A stretch of DNA of 63,996 nucleotides, filler included, from an uncultured bacterium (GTDB lineage Bacteria > DAOPZR01), in assembly GCA_964637655.1 (NCBI GenBank). It is 8 parts of 8 records of this genome, joined end to end, with 100 filler letters (N's around TTAATTAATTAA, not from the genome) between each part and the next. Parts side by side here need not be neighbours in the genome. Positions count along the whole stretch, not along the records: positions 41,187 to 49,014 come from CAZWUZ010000186.1; positions 49,115 to 56,807 come from CAZWUZ010000187.1; positions 56,908 to 63,996 come from CAZWUZ010000202.1; 5 more parts are not named here. One strand, given 5' to 3'. Positions 46,032-56,946 of the stretch are shown here, in pieces. The translations under genes and the position numbers were made by a program. Each line of letters opens with the position of its first letter. Position 1 is the stretch's first letter. The notes beneath the pieces are model-generated. The model worked only from the letters and a program-made list of their open reading frames with translations, was not told the origin of the DNA and did no database searches.

Positions 46032-46589
46032 CTATGCGACGCTGCCGGTGAACGCGTCGAGTTTCTGCTGCAGCAGTTCGTAGGTCTGCCCGATGGTGCT
46101 GCTGACGAAGTCCGGGGTCTCCTTGCTGAAAAACTCATCGAGCAGTCCGCGCGCCTGCGCGAAACCCTCCTCGATGGCGTTGCGCATCAGCGTGCGGAAC
46201 TCATCCTGCACGGTGTCCGTTTCGCTGCCGGCGTGGTTGGCGCTGAATGCCGGGAAGAAGGAGGCGGCAAAATCCATGATGCGCTGCGCGGTATTCTCCG
46301 GGCTGTAGAACCCTTCCAGCGTGGCGGCCGCTTCGGCTTCGGCGGCCGGGTCCGCTGCTTCCGCCACAGCGGTGGTGGCCGACGCGTAGAGCACTTCCAG
46401 TGATTTGCTCACCGCGTACAGCTGCTTGCCGTCCGCGGAAAACTCCACGCGGTCGCTCTGCAGGCGCATATACTGCAGTGAAAGCGTGGAACTGTTCTTG
46501 CCGGCGGTACTGGTTTCCGGCTGGTTGAACATGCTGGCGTAGCGGGCAAGTGCGTCCTGATTGGTAAGACCGGTGAGTGGATTCATCAT
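46032..46589 (-). CDS. DUF5610-like protein
   Basis: YSPENTAQRIMDFA...IEEGFAQA...TYELLQQKL; AAGGAGG RBS. Confidence 0.75.
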   Translation of the reverse strand: MMNPLTGLTNQDALARYASMFNQPETSTAGKNSSTLSLQYMRLQSDRVEFSADGKQLYAVSKSLEVLYASATTAVAEAADPAAEAEAAATLEGFYSPENTAQRIMDFAASFFPAFSANHAGSETDTVQDEFRTLMRNAIEEGFAQARGLLDEFFSKETPDFVSSTIGQTYELLQQKLDAFTGSVA

Positions 46590-46657
46590 ACCCTCCTTGG
46601 TATCCGAAATCCCGTTAGGTTGTATGCGAAAGATCCGTCTTTCGCCCCCTGCCTACA

Positions 46658-46685
46658 GTATCGTCAGGTGCGGGGGCCCGCTTGA
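46658..46685 (-). promoter_or_regulatory. Putative sigma28 promoter of the DUF5610 gene
   Basis: TCAA-16 bp-GACGATAC, against consensus TAAA-N15/16-GCCGATAA. Confidence 0.5.
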
Positions 46686-46816
46686 GGTATTTCGTATCTG
46701 CCCAGGTGCTGACCGGGTTGCAATACATGCAACTATGGACTGCAGGATAACGAATTGTGACGTAATCGAGCAAAAACGGAAAGGAAGAAATCTAACAAAC
46801 GATACAGCGGGCTGGT

Positions 46817-49014
46817 TCAGCGGGCGAGGCGCTGAAACAGGTTGCTGACTTCGGTAAATGGTGATACGGGAGTGGTTTCTGCCGGTGCGGTGACTGGCGG
46901 TGTCGGAGCTGTTGCGCTGTCGTTGCGGTTTCCGCGCAGCAGGCCGGTCAGTCCGCTGACAAATTGCAGCGGGGCATGGACTATTGCCGATGGCAGGCCA
47001 AGCAGGTTGGGCATGGACGGGTCGATGCCGTAGGTCGGGGCATGATACGTGCCGCCGATGCGGAAACCGATAACGGTTTTCCCCGCGTCGTTGCTCACGC
47101 CGCCGAGCGAACTGAGCGGAATGCCGCCGATGAATCCCGCCAGCGAGGAGGAGGGGACGCGTGCCTGTCCGCGCAGCGCGAGCGGACCGTCGAGCCCGAC
47201 ATTTCCCGTCACGGCGAGTGCGACCTGCTGATTGCCCAGGCGGAGCGGTTCACTGAGCGCGACGCTGCCGTTGGCAATGGTGAAGGCGACGCTCCCCGAA
47301 TCGAAACGGGTGAGGAGTGCAGGGTCGCGCAGTCCGAGGTAGGGAGCGAGTTTCGTCAGTGCCGGCAGGTCGGCGACCTGCGGCTGTTGCAGGCGCAGCC
47401 AGCCGCTGCCGTGATAGCCGGCAGTGATGCTGCCGTCACCGCTCAGCGCAATGCTGCCGGTGAGGGTGCCGCGCGTGGCGGCGTCAGGCGCATCAAACGC
47501 CGCGCCAAGTTGCTGCAGGCCGAGCGCGTCAGCAGCCAGCACCAGCGTGAATGGCAGACCCGCCGCGGTTTTACCGGCGCGTCCGCTCAAGGTGATGCCG
47601 CCGCCGCAGGTGCGCGCGGTGACCTGCTCGAAGGCGAGGTCGCTGCCGCGGAAACCGATGGTGCCGCCAATGCCGGTCAGCGCCAGCGCGGGCGTGGTGA
47701 GTTGCGCGCTCGCGTTGGCCGGAATGAGCGTGCCGCTGACCATGGTCTGCTCGCCGCGGCGCGTGACGTTCAGTGCGGCTGCTCCGCGTCCGCTGACGGT
47801 GATCCCCGCCGGGAGCAGCGGATCAGTCGTGAGCGTGGCCGCGCGGGCGAGGTCGAGGTTGTCACCCGTGATCTTCAGGTCGAGCGAAAAAGGGGCGAAC
47901 CCGATGGTGCCCTGCCCGCTGCAGGGGAGGCCGCCGACAGCAAAAACCACGGGCGACAACGTCATGGCGTCCGCACTGACCCGGAAGGGACCATTGAGCC
48001 GGTCGAGGCGGTGGGCGAGTGCGGGAACGGTCAGCGAGCAGTCGCGGAACGTGAAAGCGACATCCGCGAGCGACGGCAGATGTCCGCGTTTGAGCGCCAG
48101 CGCGGCGGTTACGACACCGGCACCGTCGATGGCGCTCAGCGCGCCGGCCAGCGGCTGCAGGTGGCGCAGTTCGCGGACGTCGGCGGTCAGGGTGATGTCA
48201 CCGGCACCGGCGGTGGCGAGCGAATCGCCGGACGGCAGCGGCCAGGGCAGGTTGGCGTCAGTGACCGTGAATTCGCGCAGCAGGCCGGCCACCGAACCGC
48301 TGCCGGCGACAACCGCGATAGCGTCGCCTGCCAGCAGCGTGAAATCGGCGGTCAGCGCAGGGGCGGGTGCGCCGGCGGCCAGCAGTTCCGCCGGCAGCCC
48401 GAGCGGGATGAGCGGCAGCGCCTCAGTGTGCAGCGCGAGGGTGGCGGCAGCGGGCGCGTAGTCGCCCTGCAGGCGCACAGTCCCATCGCCCACTGCGGCG
48501 GCGAGGTCGAGGTCATAGGTGCCGGCGTCGAGACCGCTGATGCTGCCGCTGATCTGTTCCAGTGTCAGGCGCCGCTGCGGCGTGACGTAGGTGACGCTGC
48601 AATCGTCGAAACCAAGCGAAGAGAGTTTGAGCGCGCCCGCACCGTCACCGGACGGCTGCAGCAGGTCGTCGATGTTGGTGCGGCCGTCGCTGTCGGTTTC
48701 AATGATGACCTGCGCCCCGGTCAGTGTCACGCCGCTGATGCGCAGTTCGCCGCGCAGCAGCGCGCCCCAGTCGGGCGAGATATCGGCACGTGCGAGGCGC
48801 AGCAGCGGGTCAGCGCCGAAGCCCGGGGTGTCGGCAACAGTGATATCGACGATGCCGACAGTGAGGAATCCGGGGGCGAGGCCGCCCAGTGTGACGGGAC
48901 GTCCGAGCGCCTGTTCCGCCGCACGCCGCACACTCTCCGCATCAGCCAGCAGGTAGACCGCCAGCGACAGGAGGAGTACCGCAAGCAGCGGCACGCCGAT
49001 GATGAGGGCGCAGA
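46817..49014 (-). CDS. AsmA-family protein (5' truncated)
   Basis: N-terminal TM, ALGRPVTLG...GRTNIDDL, beta-taco repeats and C-terminal IGGTYHAP. Confidence 0.85.
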
Positions 49015-49114
49015 NNNNNNNNNNNNNNNNNNNNNNNNNNNNNNNNNNNNNNNNNNNNTTAATTAATTAANNNNNNNNNNNNNNNNNNNNNNNNNNNNNN
49101 NNNNNNNNNNNNNN

Positions 49115-50381
49115 AGAGACCGAGCAGGGTGATGTCGTCGGTGATTTCGGCGCGGCCGGCGAAACGGCGCACGTCGGCGACGAGATACGGCAGGCAGTCA
49201 TCCGGGGCGCCGGTGCAGGCCTCGACCGCGGCGAGCAGCCGGTCGAACCCGTAGCGGTCGCCGCTGCTGTCGGCCGCCTCGGTGATCCCGTCAGTATAGA
49301 ACAGCAGGCCATCGCCGCGCTGCAGTTTCATCTCGAAGGTCGGATACTTGAGGCCGGCGATGATGCCGAGCGGCGGCGCCCCCTGCAGGGTCAGCAGTTC
49401 CGCCGTGTGCGTGCGAGCGCGGCGCAGAATCGGCGGCAGGTGTCCTGCCACCGAGCAGACGATCTTGCGTCCGCGACGGCGGTAGAACCCGACAAACAGA
49501 GTGACAAAATGCCCCTGCACCGTCTCCTGCACGAGCGCATTGTTGATCGTTTCGAGAATAGCGCCCGGATCGCGCATGGTGCGCGCGAGCAGGCGCAGCT
49601 TCCCCGCGATATTGGCCATGTAGAGCGCGGCCGGCATCCCCTTGCCGGAAACGTCGCCGATGACGAAAAAGTACTCGTTGCGCGAGACGGGAATGACATC
49701 GTAGAGGTCGCCCCCGAGTTTCTTGGCGGCGAGGCATTCGGCGAAGAAGGCGATGTCCTCCTCCTGCGGCAGCGATTGCGGGAAGAGGTGGCGCTGCACG
49801 CCCGAGGCGAGATCGAGCTGCTCGTCGAGGTGGCGGTGGCGCTTGCGTTCGTGCTCCATCTGCACCTTTTCGATCACCCCGCTGACATGATTGGCAATGA
49901 TACCGAGAAAGAAGGCGTCGAGGTCGGAGAACGGCTCGCGGCTGCGCTTGTTGTTGACGTTGAGCGCGCCCACCACGCGGTCATGAACGCGCAGCGGCAG
50001 GCAGAGCAGTGACACGGTGCGGTAGCGGGTGCTGCTCTTGCGGCGGAAGAGCGGATGCGACTCGATGTCGCGGATGAGCAGCGGCTCGCCCTTCTGCAGC
50101 ACGTAGCCGGTGATCCCCTCGCCGACCCGGATGACGGACTTGGTAATGACGCGGGGACTCAACCCGCGCGCGGCGCGGATGCGGAATAGCCCGTCCTTCT
50201 CGCTCTCGAGCACCAGCGAGCAGATATCCACCTGCAACAGTTCGGCGGTGATGGTGACCAGCCGCTGGTAGATCTCGTCCGGCTTCTGCGTCGACATCGC
50301 CAGATCGCTGATCTGTTTGAGCAGCGCGATGCGCCCCTCGAGCCCGTCCGGTGCGGGAAAGAGTTCCTGGTCCGTACTCAT
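49115..50381 (-). CDS. GAF plus PP2C/SpoIIE (RsbU-like) phosphatase, 3' truncated
   Basis: GEGITG...NVNNK (GAF); GGDLYD, GDVSGKG, AGH, YTDGITE and DDIT (PP2C). Confidence 0.92.
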
Positions 50382-53146
50382 GCGAGCACCTCCTGCGGGG
50401 TGATGGGGAGCGTGTACGCATGGCGCCCGGTCGCGGCGAAAATCGCGTTGTTGACGGCGGGCGCCACCGCGGCGAAGGCGACTTCACCCACCGCCTTGGC
50501 GCCGTAGGGGCCGCTTGGTTCGTGCGGCTCGATGAACTCGATGACATAGTCCGGCTTCTCGAAGATGGTCGGAATGCGGTAGGCGAGCAGGTCGCGCGCC
50601 TGCGGGCGCCCCGCCGCGGAGTACGGCTGGTCCTCGTAGAGCGCGTAGCCGAGCGCCTGCAGCGTCGTTCCTTCCATCTGCCCCTCGGCGAGCAGCGGGT
50701 TAATGATGATGCCGCAGTCGGCCACCTGCACCAGCTTCACCACGCGCACCTTGCCCGTGCGCGTATCGACATCGACATCGGCAAAAGTGGCGACGAAGGG
50801 GGGCGAGGCGGTCTCCTTCTTGATGGTGACGGAAAAGACGGTGTCGACGGGTTTCAGGTCGGCGAAGAGCGCGGTCGCCACCTCCGGCAGCGGCAGGCGG
50901 CGCTCTCCCGCGACGACCGCGTTGTCGGCAAGCAGCATCCCGTCGCGCGGCAGCGCGTATTTCTGTGCCGCCCAGTCGAGCAGCCGCTCCCGCAGTTTCG
51001 TGCAGGCGGCGAGCACGGCATGCCCCGCGAAGTAGGTGGTGTTCGAGGCGTAGGACCCGGAATCGTACGGGGTGACAGCGGTATCCGCGGTGATGATATG
51101 GATGTGCGACAGCGGCACCGCCAGCGTCTGCGCGGCGATCTGCGCGAGCACGGTGTCGGCGCCTGTCCCCACATCCACCGCGCCGCTGAGCAGCTGGACG
51201 CTCCCGTCCTCGTTGAGCGACACCGTCACCGACGAGCGCGTGATGTTGGCAATCCCGCTCCCCTGCAGCGAAATGGCCATCCCCTTCCCCGTGCGGATAT
51301 CGGGGTGCGGGGCGGGACGCGCGCTGCCCCAGTTGATGAGTTCCTTCCCGCGCGTGATGCAGCGCGGCAGTTCGCAGGTGGCGATGACTTCGCCCGGCGG
51401 CGGTGGCGTGACGAAGAGTGTCTCCATCGGCAGCCGGTCACCCTGCCGGATATGGTTGCGCGCGCGCAGGTCGGCCGGGTCGAGCCCCAGTTTTGCCGCT
51501 GCCTCGTCCATCAGCGATTCGAGCGCGAACATCACCTGCGGCTCACCGTAGCCGCGGAAGGCGCCGGCCGGGGTCTTGTTGGTATAGACGACCCGCGCAT
51601 GCACCCGCGCATGGCAATGCGGGTAGAGCGAGGCGATGCGCATCGTCGCCAGTTCCGCCACGGTCGACCCGTGCCCGCCATAGGCGCCGGTATCACTGAG
51701 AATATCCGCGTCGAGCGCCGCCAGTTTCCCGTCGCGGGTGAACGAGAGCGACAGGGCGGTGCAAAACGGGTGGCGGGTGCGGGCGAAGAGAAAGACCTCC
51801 TCGCGCGTCAGGCAGAGTTTGACGGGGCGCCCGAGGCGCTGCGCCGCGCAGGCGACCAGCGGTTCGATGAGCGCCTCCTGCTTGCCGCCGAAGCCGCCCC
51901 CGATACGCGGCTTGCGCACGCGCACCATGGAGAAGGGGAGGTCGAGCGCGCGCGCGACGATGCGGCGCACGTCAAACGGCACCTGGGTCGAGGAGATGAG
52001 GTTGATGCGCCCGTACTCGTCAGGCCAGGCGATGGCGACGTGCGGCTCGAGATGCACGTGCTGCTGTTTCGAGGTGGTGAACGTGCCGTTGACCGAAACG
52101 AGGTCGGCCCCGGCCGCCGGCGGCGTGCCGTGGGTCCAGGTGAATTCCGCCGCGAGGTTGCGCGCTGCATCGGCGCAGTTGGCGATGCCTGCCGGATGGA
52201 TGGCTGCCCGCGGCTGTTCATGCGCGTCGGCGAACGTCAGCATCACCGGCAGTTCGTCATAGTCGACGCGGATGGCGGCGCAGGCGGCGGCCGCCTGTGC
52301 TTCCGTGTCGGCCACCACCGCGGCCACCGGCTCGCCGTAGAAGCGGACGGTGTCGGTAAGGATGCGCGTGTCGTACGGTGATGGTTCCGGGTAGCCCTGC
52401 GCCGCGGTGGTAAAGCGGGTGGCCGGGGTAGTGGCATGCGTCAGCACGAGATGCACGCCCGGCAGCTGTTCCGCGGCGGAAGTATCGATGCTGCGGATGC
52501 GGGCATGCGCCACGGTGGCAGTGAGTACCTTGAGCGCCAGCTGCCGCGGCAGGTTCATGTCGCTGGTGTACAGCGCGCTGCCGCGCGTCAACCCGTCGCC
52601 GTCGAGTTTCTCCACCCGTTCACCGACCGGGGTGGTCAGGTGATGATGCGAGGCGAGCACGTCGCGCGAGGCGCGGCCGTTGATCAGGTCGAAAAAGAGC
52701 TGCGCGCCGCGGATGATCTTTTCGTAGCCGGTGCAGCGGCAGAGATTGCCGGAGAGCGCGGTCAGCAGCGCCTGTTCGTCCGGGTCACGGTCGGCAAAGT
52801 AGAGCCCGGCAGTGGCCAGCGCAAAGCCGCAGGTGCAGAAACCGCATTGCGCGCTCCCCGCCGCCTTGAAGCAGAGCGGGAGCAGCGCCAGTTCGTCATT
52901 GTGCGCGATAATGCCCTCGATGGTCAGCACTTCGCGCCCGGCCGCCTGCCGCGCGTTCAGCAGGCAGGAGAGGACCGGGGCGCGGTCGAGCAGGATGGTG
53001 CAGCCGCCGCAGGAACCGCCGTCGCACGCCTGGCGCAGCCCGCGGTACCCCTCGCGCTTGAGCAGCTGCACGAGCGTCATGTTCGCCGGCACCCCGGCAA
53101 AACCGCGCTCCTGCCCGTCGATGCGCAGCGTCAGCATATCGTTCAT
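50378..53146 (-). CDS. Xanthine dehydrogenase-family molybdoenzyme with fused 2x[2Fe-2S] domain (XdhD/Mop-like)
   Basis: CDGGSCGGC, QCGFC, NLCRCTGY, GGGFGGKQ, AFRGYG and GAKAVGE motifs. Confidence 0.93.
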   Translation of the reverse strand: MNDMLTLRIDGQERGFAGVPANMTLVQLLKREGYRGLRQACDGGSCGGCTILLDRAPVLSCLLNARQAAGREVLTIEGIIAHNDELALLPLCFKAAGSAQCGFCTCGFALATAGLYFADRDPDEQALLTALSGNLCRCTGYEKIIRGAQLFFDLINGRASRDVLASHHHLTTPVGERVEKLDGDGLTRGSALYTSDMNLPRQLALKVLTATVAHARIRSIDTSAAEQLPGVHLVLTHATTPATRFTTAAQGYPEPSPYDTRILTDTVRFYGEPVAAVVADTEAQAAAACAAIRVDYDELPVMLTFADAHEQPRAAIHPAGIANCADAARNLAAEFTWTHGTPPAAGADLVSVNGTFTTSKQQHVHLEPHVAIAWPDEYGRINLISSTQVPFDVRRIVARALDLPFSMVRVRKPRIGGGFGGKQEALIEPLVACAAQRLGRPVKLCLTREEVFLFARTRHPFCTALSLSFTRDGKLAALDADILSDTGAYGGHGSTVAELATMRIASLYPHCHARVHARVVYTNKTPAGAFRGYGEPQVMFALESLMDEAAAKLGLDPADLRARNHIRQGDRLPMETLFVTPPPPGEVIATCELPRCITRGKELINWGSARPAPHPDIRTGKGMAISLQGSGIANITRSSVTVSLNEDGSVQLLSGAVDVGTGADTVLAQIAAQTLAVPLSHIHIITADTAVTPYDSGSYASNTTYFAGHAVLAACTKLRERLLDWAAQKYALPRDGMLLADNAVVAGERRLPLPEVATALFADLKPVDTVFSVTIKKETASPPFVATFADVDVDTRTGKVRVVKLVQVADCGIIINPLLAEGQMEGTTLQALGYALYEDQPYSAAGRPQARDLLAYRIPTIFEKPDYVIEFIEPHEPSGPYGAKAVGEVAFAAVAPAVNNAIFAATGRHAYTLPITPQEVLA

Positions 53147-53946
53147 GGCTGCACAGCGGCAAAGGCGCGTTCAGTGATGACCGGGAGCAGACGTTGCCGG
53201 TATTCCGTCGTGGCGCGCTGATCGCTCTTGGGCGGCGGCAGCGCCGCCGCTGCCTGCACCAGCGCGGCCGGTCCGTCAAGATCGCGGAAGACGCGCAGCT
53301 GCGGCCAGTAGGCCATGAGCGCGCAGTCGTACAGGCCGTCGGTGCGGGCGAGCACGGTCAGGCCGATGGTGGCAATATCACGACCGAGTATGCTCTCCTT
53401 GTGGTACAGACCCGAACGATACCGGGCGAGGGCAGCCGCCGGGAACAGCAGCGCGTCGAGCACGGCCTGCTGCGGCAGGACGAACCGTCCGCTGCTGGAA
53501 AGTTCTGCGAACGGCCTGACCACGACACCGTCGCGGGTGAGCAGCCGGCAGTCCGGCGCCAGCAGGTAGAGCGGACCGAGCGTATCAGAAAAATCGAAGT
53601 GCGAGATGAGGTTGCCGCCGACGGTGGCGACGTTGCGGATCTGCGGCGAGGCGACGCGCGCGCAGGCCTGCGCGAGCGGCGGCAGTGCCGGCGGCAGGCC
53701 GGCGGCGGATGCGACCGCGGCCAGCGTGGTGCCGGCCCCGATGACCACACCTTCTCCGGTGCTGTTGATGTCGTGGCTGATGATATGGCGCAGGTCGATG
53801 AGGCGGGCGAAGCGGCTGCCCCGCCAGTGGATGGTGATGCCGCCGGCAAGGAAGGCGCGTGACGTATCGCCCTCGTCGAGCAGGGCAAAGAGCGCGGCGG
53901 CATTCTCCGGCGCATAGTAATGCTGCGTGGCGTGTTCCGGTCCCAT
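53143..53946 (-). CDS. FAD-binding subunit of the molybdoenzyme (YgfM/CoxM-like)
   Basis: LAGG, IGAGTTL and QIRNVATVGGN motifs; ATGA overlap with the Mo subunit. Confidence 0.88.
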   Translation of the reverse strand: MGPEHATQHYYAPENAAALFALLDEGDTSRAFLAGGITIHWRGSRFARLIDLRHIISHDINSTGEGVVIGAGTTLAAVASAAGLPPALPPLAQACARVASPQIRNVATVGGNLISHFDFSDTLGPLYLLAPDCRLLTRDGVVVRPFAELSSSGRFVLPQQAVLDALLFPAAALARYRSGLYHKESILGRDIATIGLTVLARTDGLYDCALMAYWPQLRVFRDLDGPAALVQAAAALPPPKSDQRATTEYRQRLLPVITERAFAAVQP

Positions 53947-53987
53947 GCGGCAACGAGCATACCATATTCCCGCCCGCCCGGTAAAAC

Positions 53988-54030
53988 GAAATGGGGACAC
54001 ACACTTTCAGAAATGGGGACACACACTTTC
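53988..54030. repeat. 22-bp tandem duplication GAAATGGGGACACACACTTTC(A)
   Basis: Two consecutive copies in the divergent intergenic region. Confidence 0.85.
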
Positions 54031-54226
54031 GTGCAGCAGACCCGATGAGGCGTTGTCTGTGCCGTGTACCCGTGGCGGGAGATTCGCGGCTCGGCGCCGG
54101 CGCTCCGTGTGCTCTGCGTGCTCCGTGGTGAAGAAATGCTGGTGTCAGGCAGGAGGACCGTGCAGGGTTTGCGCGGCACTGCGTCGCAGTGTTAGAATCA
54201 GCGTATCTGAGACAGGGGAGAATACC

Positions 54227-55141
54227 ATGCAGGCATTGATTGACAGCGTGGTGCGCAATATCGGCACCGTTATCAAGGGTAAGGATGGTGTGGTCCGCGA
54301 CGCGCTCGCGGTCTTTGCCGCGGGCGGCCACCTGCTGCTCGACGACCTGCCGGGCGTGGGCAAGACGATGCTGGCGCGCGCGCTGGCGACGTCGTTCGAC
54401 CTGACGTTCAAGCGCATCCAGTTCACGCCCGACCTGCTGCCGGGCGACATCACCGGCGGCATGGTCTGGCAGCAGAAGCAGGAGAGTTTCACCTTTCTGC
54501 CCGGACCGGTCTTCGCGCATATCCTGCTGGCGGACGAAATCAACCGCGCCACGCCGCGCACGCAGGCGGCGATGCTCGAGGCGATGGGCGAGGGGTGCGT
54601 CACCTGTGACGGGTCGGTCCACCATCTGCCGCAACCCTTCTTTGTCATCGCCACGCAGAACCCCATCGAGTCGCTCGGCACCTTCCCGCTGCCGGTGGCG
54701 GAGCTCGACCGCTTCGCGGCACGCAGCGCCATCGGCTATCCCGACGCGGCGAGCGAGCGGGCCATGCTCCGCTCGCAGGAGCAGGGGCATCCCATTGATA
54801 CGCTGCAGCCAATCGCCTCCGCGGCGCAGGCGCAGGCACTGCGTGACGCCTGCCGTGGCGTGGCGGTGGCGGAGGAACTCGAGGACTATATCGTCCGCGT
54901 GGTGGCTGCGACGCGCACGGATGCCGGCCTGAAACTCGGGGCCAGCCCGCGCGCCGCGCTTGATGTGCAGCGCCTGGCCCGCGCCTACGCGGTATTTGCC
55001 GGGCGGACGCATCTCGTGCCCGACGACTGCAAGCGCGCGGCGGCGGCGGCGCTACCGCACCGGCTGATCGCGCGCACCGCGGGCGACAGCGTCGAACGCC
55101 TCGTCGCGCAACTGCTCGACACTGTAGCCGCGCCGCGGTAG
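54227..55141 (+). CDS. MoxR-family AAA+ ATPase
   Basis: PGVGKT, RIQFTPDLLP, DEINRA, ATQNP and GASPRA motifs. Confidence 0.95.
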   Translation: MQALIDSVVRNIGTVIKGKDGVVRDALAVFAAGGHLLLDDLPGVGKTMLARALATSFDLTFKRIQFTPDLLPGDITGGMVWQQKQESFTFLPGPVFAHILLADEINRATPRTQAAMLEAMGEGCVTCDGSVHHLPQPFFVIATQNPIESLGTFPLPVAELDRFAARSAIGYPDAASERAMLRSQEQGHPIDTLQPIASAAQAQALRDACRGVAVAEELEDYIVRVVAATRTDAGLKLGASPRAALDVQRLARAYAVFAGRTHLVPDDCKRAAAAALPHRLIARTAGDSVERLVAQLLDTVAAPR

Positions 55142-55145
55142 GCCG

Positions 55146-56225
55146 ATGGCCGCTGCTGCGCCGCTGCGGGCGCTCTCGCGCCGCTGGCTGACCGTCTACC
55201 TCGCCTTCAGCGTGCTGCTCTATGTCGCGGCGCCGCTGATCAACAGCAACTTCTGTTACCTGCTGGCGGCGCTCTACCTGCTTGCCGCGCTGCTGCTGTG
55301 GAAGCCCGGGCGCCTGCGCCCGCAGGTGCAGGCAACGGTGCCGCGGCGCATGACGGCGGGGACGGTCGTCCCGGTCAGCATCCGCCTGCAGCAGCGGGGC
55401 TGGCTGCCGCGGCTCGTGCTCACCGCGGAAATGGACATGCCCGACGGCATTATCCTGACGCCTGCCGCCTGGCAGGTCGCCGCGCTGCCGCCGCGCGGCA
55501 GTCGCGCGGTGGGAGGGATGCTCAGCGCCGCGCGACGCGGCGCCTACCTGCTTGGCGGTGTGCGCGTCACGCATTACGGCTACGGCGGCTTTTTCGGCGA
55601 TACGGTGCACACCGGTGAGGAACAGGAACTGCTCGTCCATCCGCACCCGGTGCGCGGGCTCGACTGCGCCGCGCTGCTCGCCGGGCGGCTGACGGCCACC
55701 GGGCAGCGCTACGTTCCCGCGCGTGCGGGCGAGGAATTCCACGCGCTGCGCCCGTACCAGCGCGGCGATTCGCTGCGCCGCATCCACTGGCGCACCACCG
55801 CACGCACGGGCGAACTGACCGTGGTGGCGACGGAAACCCCGGCGCTCGAAGCGCCCGAACTCTACCTCGATACCGCGGTCGCTGCCGGCGATGCGTTCGA
55901 GTTCAACGTGCGCGTGGCGGCCACCCTGCTGGCGTATCTCGTCGCTACCACCGGCTGCTCGCTGCGCGCCGGGCAGCGGCATGCCGCTGCCGGCAGCGGC
56001 GTGGAGTCGGAAACCGCGATGCTCGACGCGCTGGCGCGGGTGCAGGCGGGCGAACCCGCGCCGCCGCCGCGCGCGGTCAGCATCATCGTCACGCTCCCGG
56101 GCAGCGCGCTGGCGGGAAGCCCGCCGGCGGGGGCCATCGTGCTCGTCAATGACCTGTGGGGTGATGGGGCGGCGGCGGCGGACACGCTGCCGCTGTCACG
56201 CTACGGGGCGGAGCGCGACGCGTGA
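55146..56225 (+). CDS. DUF58 protein
   Basis: EFHALRPYQRGDSLRRIHWRTTARTGEL; downstream of MoxR. Confidence 0.9.
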   Translation: MAAAAPLRALSRRWLTVYLAFSVLLYVAAPLINSNFCYLLAALYLLAALLLWKPGRLRPQVQATVPRRMTAGTVVPVSIRLQQRGWLPRLVLTAEMDMPDGIILTPAAWQVAALPPRGSRAVGGMLSAARRGAYLLGGVRVTHYGYGGFFGDTVHTGEEQELLVHPHPVRGLDCAALLAGRLTATGQRYVPARAGEEFHALRPYQRGDSLRRIHWRTTARTGELTVVATETPALEAPELYLDTAVAAGDAFEFNVRVAATLLAYLVATTGCSLRAGQRHAAAGSGVESETAMLDALARVQAGEPAPPPRAVSIIVTLPGSALAGSPPAGAIVLVNDLWGDGAAAADTLPLSRYGAERDA

Positions 56226-56807
56226 TCATCGACCGCATCCTGCGCCCGCGCGACCCGGCAGACGAGGCGTATCGCGCCGATCCGGCGGCCGGCATCCCGG
56301 GCGGCACGGCGCTCTCCTTCATGCTCGTCGTCTTCGCGCTGCTGCCGCTGGTCAGCGCGTGGAACAGCGTGCCGGCGCTCGCCGGGTTCCTGCTGCTGCT
56401 GCTCGCCGGGTTCCTCGTCGACCGTTACGTTGTCCTGCCGCGCGCCGGCTATATTGTCATCCGCGTGCTCGGCTGGCTCCCGGTGGCCTACGTCTTCGTC
56501 GGCATCTACTGGCTCGACGACGCCATCTTTGCGGTCATCGGCAACGTCCTTATCGCCTGGGTGGTGCTCTACAGTTTCGAGGCGAACCGTCGCGGCTACC
56601 TGCAGCCGATGCTGATGATGTGCGGCATGGTGCTGATCGTCTCGTCGCTGCTGCGCCGCGACGGCGTGCTGCTGCTCGGGTTCATCGTGTACGGCGCCCT
56701 CTTCCTGCCGGTTACGGCGCATGGGGCCGCGCGCGCCGCCGCCCGCGTGCGCCGTGCCCGTGTGCAGCGCGGCAGCCTTGCCGACCAGGCGCTGCTCGTC
56801 GCCGCCG
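56222..56807 (+). CDS. Membrane protein, probably a TgpA/DUF3488 transglutaminase N-terminus (3' truncated)
   Basis: Multiple TM helices in the usual third position after MoxR-DUF58. The catalytic domain is not visible. Confidence 0.6.
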
Positions 56808-56911
56808 NNNNNNNNNNNNNNNNNNNNNNNNNNNNNNNNNNNNNNNNNNNNTTAATTAATTAANNNNNNNNNNNNNNNNNNNNNNNNNNNNNNNNNNNNN
56901 NNNNNNNCGCA

Positions 56912-56939
56912 TCAAGGTATATGGGCGCGGCGCCGATAA
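56912..56939 (+). promoter_or_regulatory. sigma28 (FliA)-type promoter
   Basis: TCAA-16 bp-GCCGATAA with a perfect -10 element. Confidence 0.7.
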
Positions 56940-56946
56940 GGGGAGT

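Noticed and set aside
54227-56807. MoxR-DUF58-TgpA as a novel system
   Set aside because: This is a widespread, previously described gene triad.
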